NCBI GenBank assembly: GCA_944322675.1
Contig: CALUPO010000011.1
Coordinates: 1,752-65,751, forward strand
Length of the DNA stretch: 64,000 nucleotides
From: Candidatus Gastranaerophilales bacterium
Lineage (GTDB): Bacteria > Cyanobacteriota > Vampirovibrionia > Gastranaerophilales > Gastranaerophilaceae
Direction of reading: 5' to 3'
How positions within the stretch are numbered: position 1 is the first letter of the stretch; every line of letters begins with the position of its first letter. Shown here piece by piece: positions 49,011-58,900 of the stretch. Under the pieces are notes generated by a model, which was not told the DNA's origin, searched no databases, and was given only the letters and a program-made list of their open reading frames with translations. The translations under genes were made by a program, and so were the position numbers.

Positions 49011-51431
49011 ATGGATTTAAAAAAGAATTTTAGCCATTTTGTTTTGTCTATTTGTGCGACAATATTTTTAACAAGTTGTTGTGCATTTGCTGGTGAAGCA
49101 GATTTGGTTGTACCTGATTTTTCAAATCACTCACAAAGTTTTAATTTACTTTTGTTAGGTATTGGGATTAGCTTTCTGGGACTTATTTACGGTTTAATTG
49201 AATTTGTTAAGGTTAAAAATATCAAAGCTCACCCTTTGATGTTGAATGTTGGCAATTTGATTTTTGAAACTTGTAAAACCTACCTTATTCAGCAAGGTAA
49301 ATTTCTGTTTTTGCTTGAATTTTTTATTGCAATATGTATAGCGTTTTACTTTGGAGTCCTTCAAGGTATGGGAATAATGGGCGTTGCAACAATTTTGTTG
49401 TGGTCTATTATTGGTATTTTAGGCTCATATGGTGTTGCATGGTATGGCATTCGTATGAACACACTTGCAAATGCAAGAACTGCTTTTGCTTCATTAAAAG
49501 GCAAGCCACTTGAAGTTATGAATATACCGTTAAATGTAGGTATGAGCATTGGTGTTTTGCTTGTAAGTGTTGAGCTTATTTTAATGCTTACAATTTTGCT
49601 TTTTGTTCCAGGGAACCTTGCCGGTGCTTGTTTTATAGGTTTTGCGATAGGTGAATCTCTTGGTGCTAGTGCTCTCCGTGTGGCTGGCGGTATTTTTACC
49701 AAAATTGCAGATATTGGGTCCGATTTAATGAAAATTGAATTTAATATCAAAGAGGATGATCCAAGAAACCCTGGAGTTATTGCTGATTGTACAGGTGATA
49801 ATGCTGGAGACAGCATTGGTCCGACAGCTGACGGATTTGAAACTTATGGGGTAACTGGTGTTGCTCTTGTAAGCTTTATACTTCTTGCTGTTCAACCTCA
49901 GTATCAAATTCCATTATTAACTTGGATATTTACAATGAGATTTCTTATGATTATAACTTCGGTTGTTGCTTATAAGATTAATGAATTTTTTACAAATATT
50001 AAATATAAAGAAGCTAAAACAATGGATTTTGAAAAGCCTTTAACTTCTTTAATCTGGTTAACTTCAATATTATCAATTATAATGACTTTTGGTGTAAGCT
50101 ATGCTTTACTTAAAGATTTAGGGCCTAATTTATGGTGGGTATTATCAATAATTATTAGTTGTGGAACATTGGGAGCTTCATTAATACCTGAATTTACAAA
50201 AATGTTTACCTCAACAAAAGCTTGTCATACAGTTGAAGTGGTAAATGCATCACGAGAAGGCGGTTCATCATTAACAATTCTTTCAGGTCTTGTTTCAGGG
50301 AACTTTAGTTCATTTTGGATTGGACTTATTATTGTTATACTAATGGTTATATCTTATTTTGCCAGCCTTGCAATACCAAATGAAATGATGATATATGCTT
50401 CAATCTTTGCTTTTGGTTTAGTTGCATTTGGTTTTCTTGGTATGGGACCAATTACAATTGCAGTTGATAGCTATGGTCCAGTTACAGACAACGCTCAAAG
50501 CGTTTATGAGCTTTCATTGATTGAGGAAGAAGAAAATATTGCTTCAAAAATCGAAGAAGAATATGGTTTTAAACCTGATTTTGAAAGTGCAAAAACAATA
50601 CTTGAAGAAAATGATGGAGCAGGAAACACCTTTAAAGCAACTTCAAAACCTGTTCTTATAGCTACAGCTGTTGTTGGTGCTACTACAATGATTTTCTCAC
50701 TTATTTTGTTAATTCAAAATACGTTATCGTTGAAACCTGAATCTATTTTGAACTTGTTAAATCCTTATACACTTATTGGTTTTATTTTAGGCGGTGCTGT
50801 AATTTATTGGTTCACTGGAAGCTCAATGCAGGCTGTTACAACAGGTGCTTACCGTGCTGTTAAGTATATCAAAGAACATATTGATTTAAATAAAGAGGGC
50901 GGCAAAGCAAGCATTGAAAACTCAAAAGAAGTTGTTAAAATTTGCACACAGTATGCTCAAAGCGGTATGTTTAATATTTTTATAGCTTTATTTTCATTTG
51001 CTTTGGCTTTTGCATTTTTCTCCTCACCGATAAAAACAGCTGATGCAATTTCCTTATTTATAAGTTATTTAATAGCAATTGCCGTATTTGGATTATTCCA
51101 GGCTGTATTTATGGCTAATGCAGGCGGTTGTTGGGATAATGCCAAGAAAATAGTTGAAGTAGATTTAAAAGTAAAAGGTACTCAACTTCATGATGCAACA
51201 GTTGTTGGTGATACAGTTGGAGATCCATTTAAAGATACGTCATCTGTTGCAATGAATCCTATCATCAAGTTTACAACTTTATTTGGTTTGCTTGCTATGG
51301 AAATAGCTATTTCTGCTAAGTTCCAAAACATTGCACCTTATGTAGCTGTATTCTTCTTTATTGTTGCATTATTCTTTGTATGGAGATCTTTTTACGGTAT
51401 GAGAATTAAAGAACATAGTGAAGAAAATTAG
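49011..51431 (+). CDS. hppA: membrane-integral pyrophosphate-energised pump (M-PPase), Lys-type (K+-independent) signature, divergent
   Basis: 'GGIFTKIADIGSDL', 'DDPRNPGVIADCTGDNAGDSIGPTADGFETY', 'CWDNAKKIVE', 'GDTVGDPFKDTSSVAMNPIIKF' and 'GNTFKA'. Confidence 0.92.
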   Translation: MDLKKNFSHFVLSICATIFLTSCCAFAGEADLVVPDFSNHSQSFNLLLLGIGISFLGLIYGLIEFVKVKNIKAHPLMLNVGNLIFETCKTYLIQQGKFLFLLEFFIAICIAFYFGVLQGMGIMGVATILLWSIIGILGSYGVAWYGIRMNTLANARTAFASLKGKPLEVMNIPLNVGMSIGVLLVSVELILMLTILLFVPGNLAGACFIGFAIGESLGASALRVAGGIFTKIADIGSDLMKIEFNIKEDDPRNPGVIADCTGDNAGDSIGPTADGFETYGVTGVALVSFILLAVQPQYQIPLLTWIFTMRFLMIITSVVAYKINEFFTNIKYKEAKTMDFEKPLTSLIWLTSILSIIMTFGVSYALLKDLGPNLWWVLSIIISCGTLGASLIPEFTKMFTSTKACHTVEVVNASREGGSSLTILSGLVSGNFSSFWIGLIIVILMVISYFASLAIPNEMMIYASIFAFGLVAFGFLGMGPITIAVDSYGPVTDNAQSVYELSLIEEEENIASKIEEEYGFKPDFESAKTILEENDGAGNTFKATSKPVLIATAVVGATTMIFSLILLIQNTLSLKPESILNLLNPYTLIGFILGGAVIYWFTGSSMQAVTTGAYRAVKYIKEHIDLNKEGGKASIENSKEVVKICTQYAQSGMFNIFIALFSFALAFAFFSSPIKTADAISLFISYLIAIAVFGLFQAVFMANAGGCWDNAKKIVEVDLKVKGTQLHDATVVGDTVGDPFKDTSSVAMNPIIKFTTLFGLLAMEIAISAKFQNIAPYVAVFFFIVALFFVWRSFYGMRIKEHSEEN

Positions 51432-51450
51432 TTTATTTTAATACAAACTA

Positions 51451-51485
51451 AAAAGTCCTCTTTATTAATAAAGAGGACTTTTTTA
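51451..51485. terminator. bidirectional Rho-independent terminator
   Basis: Stem agtcctctttat/ataaagaggact with a TTAA loop, an A-run to the left and a T6 run to the right. Confidence 0.8.
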
Positions 51486-51502
51486 TATTCATATTTAGAA
51501 TT

Positions 51503-51772
51503 TTATTTCAAAAGTTTATTTAATATTACTACAATTTCATCAATTTTATTTTGTTTTTGTATTTCATTATTACTTTCAAAAGTTTCACGTATACAATGAT
51601 TTAAATGGTTTGATAAAATTAACAAATTAATTTTTTTAAGTATAGACTGAGTTGCCATAAGTTGAGTTGAAACATCAATACAATCACGATTTTCATCTAT
51701 CATTTTTAACATTCCGTCAATTTGACCACGTGCAGTTTTTAATAAAGTTTTAATTTGTTTATCATCATGCAT
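51503..51772 (-). CDS. CsoR/RcnR/FrmR-family metal-sensing transcriptional repressor
   Basis: 'RGQIDGMLKMIDENRDCIDVSTQLMATQSILKKINLLILSNHLNHC' (C...H...C ligand pattern). ATG at 51772; the track start is a GTG extension. Confidence 0.85.
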   Translation of the reverse strand: MHDDKQIKTLLKTARGQIDGMLKMIDENRDCIDVSTQLMATQSILKKINLLILSNHLNHCIRETFESNNEIQKQNKIDEIVVILNKLLK

Positions 51773-51896
51773 CAATAAAAAATCCCTATATAACAAAACA
51801 AATAATAACACAAAAGTACTCTTAAAATAAAGGGTGCCTTTTATAATTTTATAGTTTCATTAAAAATAACTAAAAATGGGATTTGGGATATATATT

Positions 51897-51934
51897 AGTT
51901 TACACTAAACTTTGTATAAAGTTGCATACAAATC
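51897..51934. repeat. 38-bp direct repeat, copy 1
   Basis: agtttacactaaactttgtataaagttgcatacaaatc. 32/38 identical to copy 2. Confidence 0.85.
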
Positions 51935-52121
51935 TTAGTATTTTACATCCTCCTGACGGGATTACTGTCTTGGATTATTTTCCCCATCTTCCTTTTAAGC
52001 ATGAGAGCAAAGTACAAGGGTGGTTCTTATCCTTTCCCATCTCCCTAAAGGAGAAGGGCAGGGGTAAGGGTAGATTTAATAGCTAAACTTCAATAAATTA
52101 ATTGTTTTTAAAATCTAACCT

Positions 52122-52149
52122 CAAGTGCATTTCAAACACTTGTTTTTTT
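52122..52149 (+). terminator. plus-strand Rho-independent terminator in the csoR-uvrC intergenic region
   Basis: Stem caagtg/cacttg (52122-52127 / 52137-52142) followed by T7 (52143-52149). No credible plus-strand CDS lies upstream. Confidence 0.55.
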
Positions 52150-52188
52150 AAAACTATTTAAAAAGTATTTTGAAAGCTTATTATATCA

Positions 52189-52226
52189 AGTTTACAATAA
52201 GTTTTGTGTAAAGTTGTATATAAATC
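52189..52226. repeat. 38-bp direct repeat, copy 2
   Basis: agtttacaataagttttgtgtaaagttgtatataaatc. Confidence 0.85.
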
Positions 52227-52235
52227 CCAAAATTT

Positions 52236-54059
52236 TTATTTATTTTTATCTTTAAAATATTCAAAAACAGCTTTAGCTGTGCGTTTGTTAACAACAAGTG
52301 AAAGTTCTTCAACTGTTTTTGATTTTATGGTTTCAACACTTTTATAAGCCTTTAAAAGAAGTTCTTTTGAATTCTTTGAACAACCTTTAATGTCATCAAG
52401 TTGGCTTTTGACAGACGATTTCCCTCTTAAATCCCTATGAAAAGTTATAGCAAAACGGTGAGCTTCATCACGTATTTGTTGAAAAAAGTATAAAGCTTTG
52501 GAATTGCGAGGGAAAATAACAGGTTCTTTTTTGTGTGGCAAAAAGACTTCTTCTTCACGTTTTGCAAGCGATACTATATTTTGATTTTTTATTCCAAGTT
52601 CGTCAAAAATATTGACAACAGAGGAAAGTTGTCCTTTTCCTCCATCAATAATTATTAAATCAGGAAATTTTTCGTTATTTTTTAAAAGTTTTGAGTATCT
52701 TCTTAACACAACCTCACTCATTGAAGCAAAATCGTCAGGCTTATCAACTACAGTTTTTATCTTAAATTTACGATATGCAGATTTTTTCTTTATTCCGTTT
52801 TCAAAAACAACCATTGAAGCAACGGTGTTTGTTCCTTGAATATGAGAAATATCAAAACATTCAACAAGTGATGGAAACTTATTTAAATAAAGTTTTTCCA
52901 TAATATAAGAACCTATTTCATTGTAATCAGTTTGAATTTCATTTAGTTTCTTTTGCTTTAATTTTTCCATGTAACTTTTTGCGTTCTTTATTCCCAAAGT
53001 TTTTAAATCTTCATATTTTTTTGTTGTGCCTTTAATAATTTTTACATTTTTTTTTGCTTTTGTACTTAACCACTCGTTATAAAGTTTGATTGTGTCGTCT
53101 TCAAGTTGATAATTTATTATAATTTCATCGGGAAAATCTATATTTGATAAAAGCTCATAATATTCCTTCAAGAAAAATTCAATTACCTCACTATAATTAT
53201 CAAGTGATGAAAAATCAAAAGAAAATTCACGTTTATCAATCAAACGACCTTCTCTAATTTGAAGAAGGGTAAAAGCAAATAAGGTGCCATTATTTAAGAA
53301 AGCAATTATATCCTGGTTTTTATTGGTATTTTCAAATACGACTCTTTGTGTTTCAAGCGTTTTTTCAATATCTAAATAACTATCACGATATTTTGCTGCT
53401 TTTTCATATTCAAAATTATCAGAACATTTTTGCATTTCTTTTTTTAATTCGGTAATAAGTTCCTGTTTTTTACCGGATAAAAATAACTCAACTTTGTTTA
53501 ATATTTTTTTATAATCATCAACTGAAACCATCTTTTGACAGGGTGCACAACAACGACCAATATCATAATAAATGCAAGGTCTTGATTTAAATTTTGGTGT
53601 TTTACATTGTTTTAATGGAAATATTTTTTTTAATAAATCCAATGTTGCATACATTGCTCGAGAATCAGTATAAGGGCCGAAATATTTTCCTTTAATGGGG
53701 TTTCTATTGCCTTTTCTTGCAACTATTATACGAGGATAATCTTCATCTGTTATTACAAAATATGGATATTTTTTATCATCTTTTAAAAGTACATTATATT
53801 TTGGCTTATATTTTTTTATTAAATGAGATTCTAATATTAAAGCTTCAACTTCAGTGTTTGTAATTATAAATTCAATTTTCACAATTTGCGGCACAAGAAC
53901 ACGAAGTTTAGGAGTGTCTAAAGTTTTATGAAAATAACTTAAAACTCTTTTTTTTAAGTTTTTTGCTTTACCTACATAAATTATCTCATTATTTTTATCA
54001 TAATATTGATATGACCCCGGCAAATCAGGCAGAGTTTTTAATTGTTCTTGAATATCCAT
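52236..54059 (-). CDS. uvrC: excinuclease ABC subunit C
   Basis: GIY-YIG 'GSYQYYDKNNEIIYVGKAKNLKKRV', 607 aa, C-terminal HhH region. Confidence 0.95.
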   Translation of the reverse strand: MDIQEQLKTLPDLPGSYQYYDKNNEIIYVGKAKNLKKRVLSYFHKTLDTPKLRVLVPQIVKIEFIITNTEVEALILESHLIKKYKPKYNVLLKDDKKYPYFVITDEDYPRIIVARKGNRNPIKGKYFGPYTDSRAMYATLDLLKKIFPLKQCKTPKFKSRPCIYYDIGRCCAPCQKMVSVDDYKKILNKVELFLSGKKQELITELKKEMQKCSDNFEYEKAAKYRDSYLDIEKTLETQRVVFENTNKNQDIIAFLNNGTLFAFTLLQIREGRLIDKREFSFDFSSLDNYSEVIEFFLKEYYELLSNIDFPDEIIINYQLEDDTIKLYNEWLSTKAKKNVKIIKGTTKKYEDLKTLGIKNAKSYMEKLKQKKLNEIQTDYNEIGSYIMEKLYLNKFPSLVECFDISHIQGTNTVASMVVFENGIKKKSAYRKFKIKTVVDKPDDFASMSEVVLRRYSKLLKNNEKFPDLIIIDGGKGQLSSVVNIFDELGIKNQNIVSLAKREEEVFLPHKKEPVIFPRNSKALYFFQQIRDEAHRFAITFHRDLRGKSSVKSQLDDIKGCSKNSKELLLKAYKSVETIKSKTVEELSLVVNKRTAKAVFEYFKDKNK

Positions 54060-54080
54060 ATAACAATATTATACAATGTT

Positions 54081-54899
54081 CTATATATTTTTTTGAAGTA
54101 AGTTTTTAATATCAAAGATAAATTTAAAACTGATATACATAAAGCCGAATTTAAGCATATATGTGGCAAAAGAAAGTTTATTATTTTTTATGATTTTTTT
54201 ATATAAATTTTTATTAACAAATTTTTTAGCTTCGTGATTTCCTTTTATACTTGCAACACCTTCTTCAATTAAATTAGGAATCATTGGACTTGTTGAAATT
54301 AAAGCTTCTTTTTTTGAAGATGATTTTTTTTGAGTTTTAGGCATGTTAAATACTTCTTTTCCAAAAATTAAGTACGTTAAAAATGTGGAAATATTTGAAA
54401 ATTTATAAACATTTTGCCATAATTTTGAACAATTGTAGTTTAAAGCATGACCTATTTCATGAAAGATAGATAGTTGCAGCTCTTTTTCAGGCATTAATAT
54501 TTTGTTAGCTCTTGCAAAAAAAGCAGCATTATTGCCTTCTTTAACCGATTTAACCAGTTTATTGTTTTGCCATTGGGGTTTTAATTTATTATAAACATCC
54601 GAATTTAAATATAAAAGTTCTAAATTATTTGACTTTAATGTTTTATTATTTGTGATAGCTTGTTTTGCAGATTTTTGAATAACATTTATTTCTTTTTTAT
54701 TGAGCATATTGTTCTTAAAAAAATTATTTAAAATTAAATCATTTAATAAATTTTTAGTCAAATAAATACAACTCCAATCAATTCCTTTTTCTATCAAGTT
54801 TTGCCTATTATAATATATTTTATTTGAAATATTAGAAAATATTTTTTTATTTTTTTTTGTATTTGTATTTGTTTTATGACCATTAATTCTATTTATCAT
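54081..54899 (-). CDS. hypothetical protein with HExxH zinc-metalloprotease motif
   Basis: 'SIFHEIGHALNY'. 272 aa, Asn/Lys-rich. Confidence 0.55.
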   Translation of the reverse strand: MINRINGHKTNTNTKKNKKIFSNISNKIYYNRQNLIEKGIDWSCIYLTKNLLNDLILNNFFKNNMLNKKEINVIQKSAKQAITNNKTLKSNNLELLYLNSDVYNKLKPQWQNNKLVKSVKEGNNAAFFARANKILMPEKELQLSIFHEIGHALNYNCSKLWQNVYKFSNISTFLTYLIFGKEVFNMPKTQKKSSSKKEALISTSPMIPNLIEEGVASIKGNHEAKKFVNKNLYKKIIKNNKLSFATYMLKFGFMYISFKFIFDIKNLLQKNI

Positions 54900-55077
54900 A
54901 AATAATATTTAAACCTTATAAAAATAGCACAAAGTAAATTTTTTATTTTTAATTTATTAAAATATTTTTTAATAATCTAAAATGTTCTCTTCATTAGTAT
55001 CATTAAACTCCTAAAAATTAAAAAAAACAAGTAGAAGGTATTATTAAAATACTTAGAACTATTAAAAAAGAAAAATG

Positions 55078-55839
55078 TTACTGTGGATATCTGGATGTAG
55101 CACAAATAAGCATTTCTGCAAGTTTATTGGCTCCTTCAAATTTTCTTTTTTTCAAAAGTTCACTTGCTTTTTTAACATCATATTTTACAAACTTATGCTG
55201 TATGGTAAAACTTTGGGAGTTATAACTTTCATTAATTTCAAAAATAATATAACAACTTTTAGGATCCAAACTAAAAGGACGACCGACGGAACCGGCATTT
55301 GCAACTGTTTTGCCTGTGTTTGTTTGAAAGCCGCATGGCAAATGTGTATGCCCGCAAAAAATAATATTAGCATCGCAATCTTTTGTTATATTTTCAACTT
55401 CCTCAATTGTTAAATCAGGATAAATATTTTCATCAATTTGTCTTGGTGAACCATGACATAATAAGACTTTTTTATCTCCAAATTCAAATGTCATGGTTTG
55501 AGGAAGTGAATCTAAAAATTTAATATGTTCTTCTTTTAGTAATTTTAAATCGTCTAAGTATGCATTAGCCATAATTTGATTGTTATTTAGAAGTTTTTGG
55601 TAAATTTGATTAGTATCATTTGATGCAAGCATTTTATCCGTGTTGCCTGCAATAAGATAGAAATTTTCGTTTTTATTTAATTCAATAATTTTATTAATGG
55701 TTTCAACAACGCAAGGGCCTGCCATAATAATATCACCTAAACAGAATATTTTTTCACAATTTTCTTTTTTAATATCATATAATACTGCATCAAGTGCGGT
55801 TATATTTCCGTGAATATCAGAGATTACAGCTATTTTCAT
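55078..55839 (-). CDS. metallophosphoesterase (YfcE/MJ0936-like)
   Basis: 'KIAVISDIHGN', 'GDIIMAGP', 'GNTD' and 'CGHTH'. Confidence 0.88.
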   Translation of the reverse strand: MKIAVISDIHGNITALDAVLYDIKKENCEKIFCLGDIIMAGPCVVETINKIIELNKNENFYLIAGNTDKMLASNDTNQIYQKLLNNNQIMANAYLDDLKLLKEEHIKFLDSLPQTMTFEFGDKKVLLCHGSPRQIDENIYPDLTIEEVENITKDCDANIIFCGHTHLPCGFQTNTGKTVANAGSVGRPFSLDPKSCYIIFEINESYNSQSFTIQHKFVKYDVKKASELLKKRKFEGANKLAEMLICATSRYPQ

Positions 55840-55987
55840 ATTTTATAAAATTCTCCTAAAGTTTTTTATTAACTTTATTATATAATAAATGTAAAGATTT
55901 GTAAAAATTATTTAAAGAACTAGCAAAAAAAATATTTAGGGTTTTTATATAATTGAGCGTTTGTCTGCAAGTAAAAGGAGTTATCCA

Positions 55988-58900
55988 ATGAAAATCGAAA
56001 GTAATCAGAGTTTTTATACAACTAAAGTTAACAGCAAAGACAAGAAATATAATCAAAATACGGGTTTAAAATTTAAAAATAATATAAGTAAAGATACAGT
56101 GTCGTTTTCAGGTGTACGAACAATTGTTGGAAGCGACGGGCATTTAATTGATAAGTTTTATTTGCCTAAAAATTTAAAAACTTCTGATTTAAAGTTATGT
56201 ATGCAAAAAGTAGCTCGAACTCTTGGTTTGGGTAAGTATAAAAATGCAAGAGTATATAATGTAGATAGAGAAGTAAAGGAATATGATATAAAATCACAAG
56301 ATGGTAAAAATCCTCAATTAGAAATACCAACAAGCAGAGCTGAAAGAGGATATTTTTTCAAAATAGACGGCAAAAAAGTTCTAGATCCCGGTAGAATGTG
56401 TAATGCTTTTAATGATAAATTATTAGGAATAAATACAACGGATGCCAAAGTTATTAATGTTTTAGGTGACTTTGGAGAAGTTACTGTAAATAAAGCAGGA
56501 AATATGGTTTTGATATTTCCTGATTCACTTACTAATAAGCATGACAAAAAAAGGAACTGTGTAAATCAACTTGGCGGCAAATTAGAAAACATAACAAAGA
56601 TGGTTGAGGAATTTCAAAACGCAGGGTATCGTAGGCTTGTGCTTACTCCTACAACATCAGATCCTTTGTCCTCTCATAAGTATTGGGCTGTTAATCTTTA
56701 TCAAACTGATAAAGGTCTTGGAACTGAAAAAGATTATGATGAGATGATATCTATTGCCAATAGAAATGGAATAAATACTGTTTCTGATGCAGCTTTTGGT
56801 AAAACAGGCATTGCAAGTTATCAATTCCAGGATGTTTTAATGCGAGGCAAAAATTCACCATATTGGAATTATTATTCTATAAATGATTTAGATAATGGAT
56901 TAATAGATATTGGAGTTTTAACGGAAGACACCTCAAATATTGGTTTTAAGTTTATAAATAGTCCAAATAGAAGTGATTATGATGCAAAGAAAGATACATA
57001 TGTTCAAATTTTTGATAAAAGATTAGTTACAGATAAAGAAGCAACTTCAAATGAAATTATAATGGGATATCAGAATGATAACGTGCCAAAAGATAAACAA
57101 AATGATTTTATAGGCTCAAATAGAGCTATCGTTCCTTATTATTTTCCTGTTAATCCTAATGAAATAAAAGGTAATAAAGAAAAGAAATTTGACATAAATT
57201 CATTAGAATTTGAAAATTATCGAATTTCTAAGTCAAAATATGTAGGTTTTGACCAGTGGGATGGTATGCAGGATCTTGTAAAAGAAAAATTTTACATGGA
57301 TAATATGGATAATCTTAATTTTAATTTAACTCAAGGTGAATATGAGAAACGTCAAAAAGGATGTTGGAAAGTTCAAGATGCTGAGGTTTTAGCAGGTGTA
57401 TATTCAACCAAAAGAGTTGCAAATGTCATTAATGAAGATACAGCAATAATCCTTCATGATATGGGGGTTATGGGAAAGGATGCGTCTCAAATTTTAAACA
57501 TGATTAAGGGTGAAAGTTCTGCAATAAAAAATATGGTTAAAACAGCACCAAATAGAATTGACAAAGAAAGTATTGAAAATTCGTTAAATGATAAATATTT
57601 AATAAAAAATGTAGACTTTTTCTCAAATGCAGACGATTATTTAACAAAAGAATTGATGTCTATTCCTTTTGAAACTTTGGATGTTTCACAGTCTTTATTG
57701 GCAACTTTAAGCAGTTCTGCTATAAGTAAGCGTGCTTCTGTTGAAAATGAAGTTGGGAAAACTCGTTATGAAGTTATGAAAGGATATAATGACGGTGATT
57801 ACGATGTTAAACCTTATGAAAATGTTCAAAAAGAAGATTTAAAATCTTATAAAGCAACAGATGAAATGTTTACACAAATTCTTGTTCCAATGGCTAAGGA
57901 TGTTTTAAAGTCAGTTGAAACTAACGATAAAAAAATCTTTGATGGTGATAAATTAACAGATGTCGGCAGGTATGCAATTAAGTTTATGGCGTCTGACATA
58001 TTTAAATTTTTTATGTATAAGGCTTTAAATAATGATATAAAACCAGAAGTAGATAAAAAGACAGGACGTCTATATTATAATTTAAGTTTTGAACAGCGTG
58101 AGGGATTAAGTTTAAGACGTTTAAACAGTTTTAACAGAACTAATCCTGAAAATGACGCATTAAATGTTGTGAATGCTTTGAAAAAAGGTTTGGGAAATAT
58201 TAAAGATAGTGATAAAAAAGAACTTGCTGATATATTAAAGAAAAGATTTGAAAAATATGATAAAACATCTTTAAAACTTGCTTCAATGTTAATTGATAAA
58301 GCTGAAACAGGTCTTGATTGGCGTTTAGATGCTGCAAAGGATGTATCAAGTATTAATTTACTACGTGCACATCAAGAAACTTATGATAATGTAATGGATA
58401 ATGTAACAAGATTCTGGGAAAAATTTGATAATGCTATTTATAAACAAAATCCCCATGCCTATGTAGTTGGTGAGTTTACTGCTATGGGAGAATTTCATCC
58501 TGGATATTATAAAGATAATGGATATTATGCTGATAAAAATTTAAAGTATCCAACAGATATCATTGCAGAATCACAAATTCGTGAAGATTCAAACATGACA
58601 TCTGCAGCAAACTTTAATTTTACTTATGGATTAGTTGGATGTTTTGGGCTTGATTCTGAAACAGGTGAGGCTAATAAAGAAGGTAAAGGAGAGGATCCGC
58701 TTGGTTTCTTAATGGGCCGTTTTATGCCGGAAAATTGGGCTTCATGCTCAGGATATTTAACTTCTGATGATATAAGAAGAATAAACCAATCATATACTTT
58801 TGCAGAAAATCACGATAAACCTAGAATTTTGTCAGTTTTTGCTTTGGATATGCAATTGTTATTTTCACAATTTGATAATGAAGAACATAAACAAATGGCT

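Noticed and set aside
52000-52075. Partial resemblance of 'ggagaagggcaggggtaagg' to the SRP RNA domain IV sequence 'GGAAGGAAGCAGCCAAGG'
   Set aside because: The local hairpin has a CUAAA pentaloop instead of a GNRA tetraloop, and the 5' side lacks the conserved partner loops. The similarity is most likely coincidental purine-rich sequence.
51883-52086. 67-aa ORF in the csoR-uvrC intergenic region
   Set aside because: It has no SD, its start codon lies just upstream of the 38-bp repeat and its reading frame runs through it, and its C-terminus is low-complexity 'KEKGRGKGRFNS'. I treat it as non-coding; see the corresponding finding.
55075-55413. 112-aa plus-strand ORF and 62-aa minus ORF overlapping the metallophosphoesterase gene
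   Set aside because: They lie antisense or out of frame within a gene that has all metallophosphoesterase motifs, and they have no SD.
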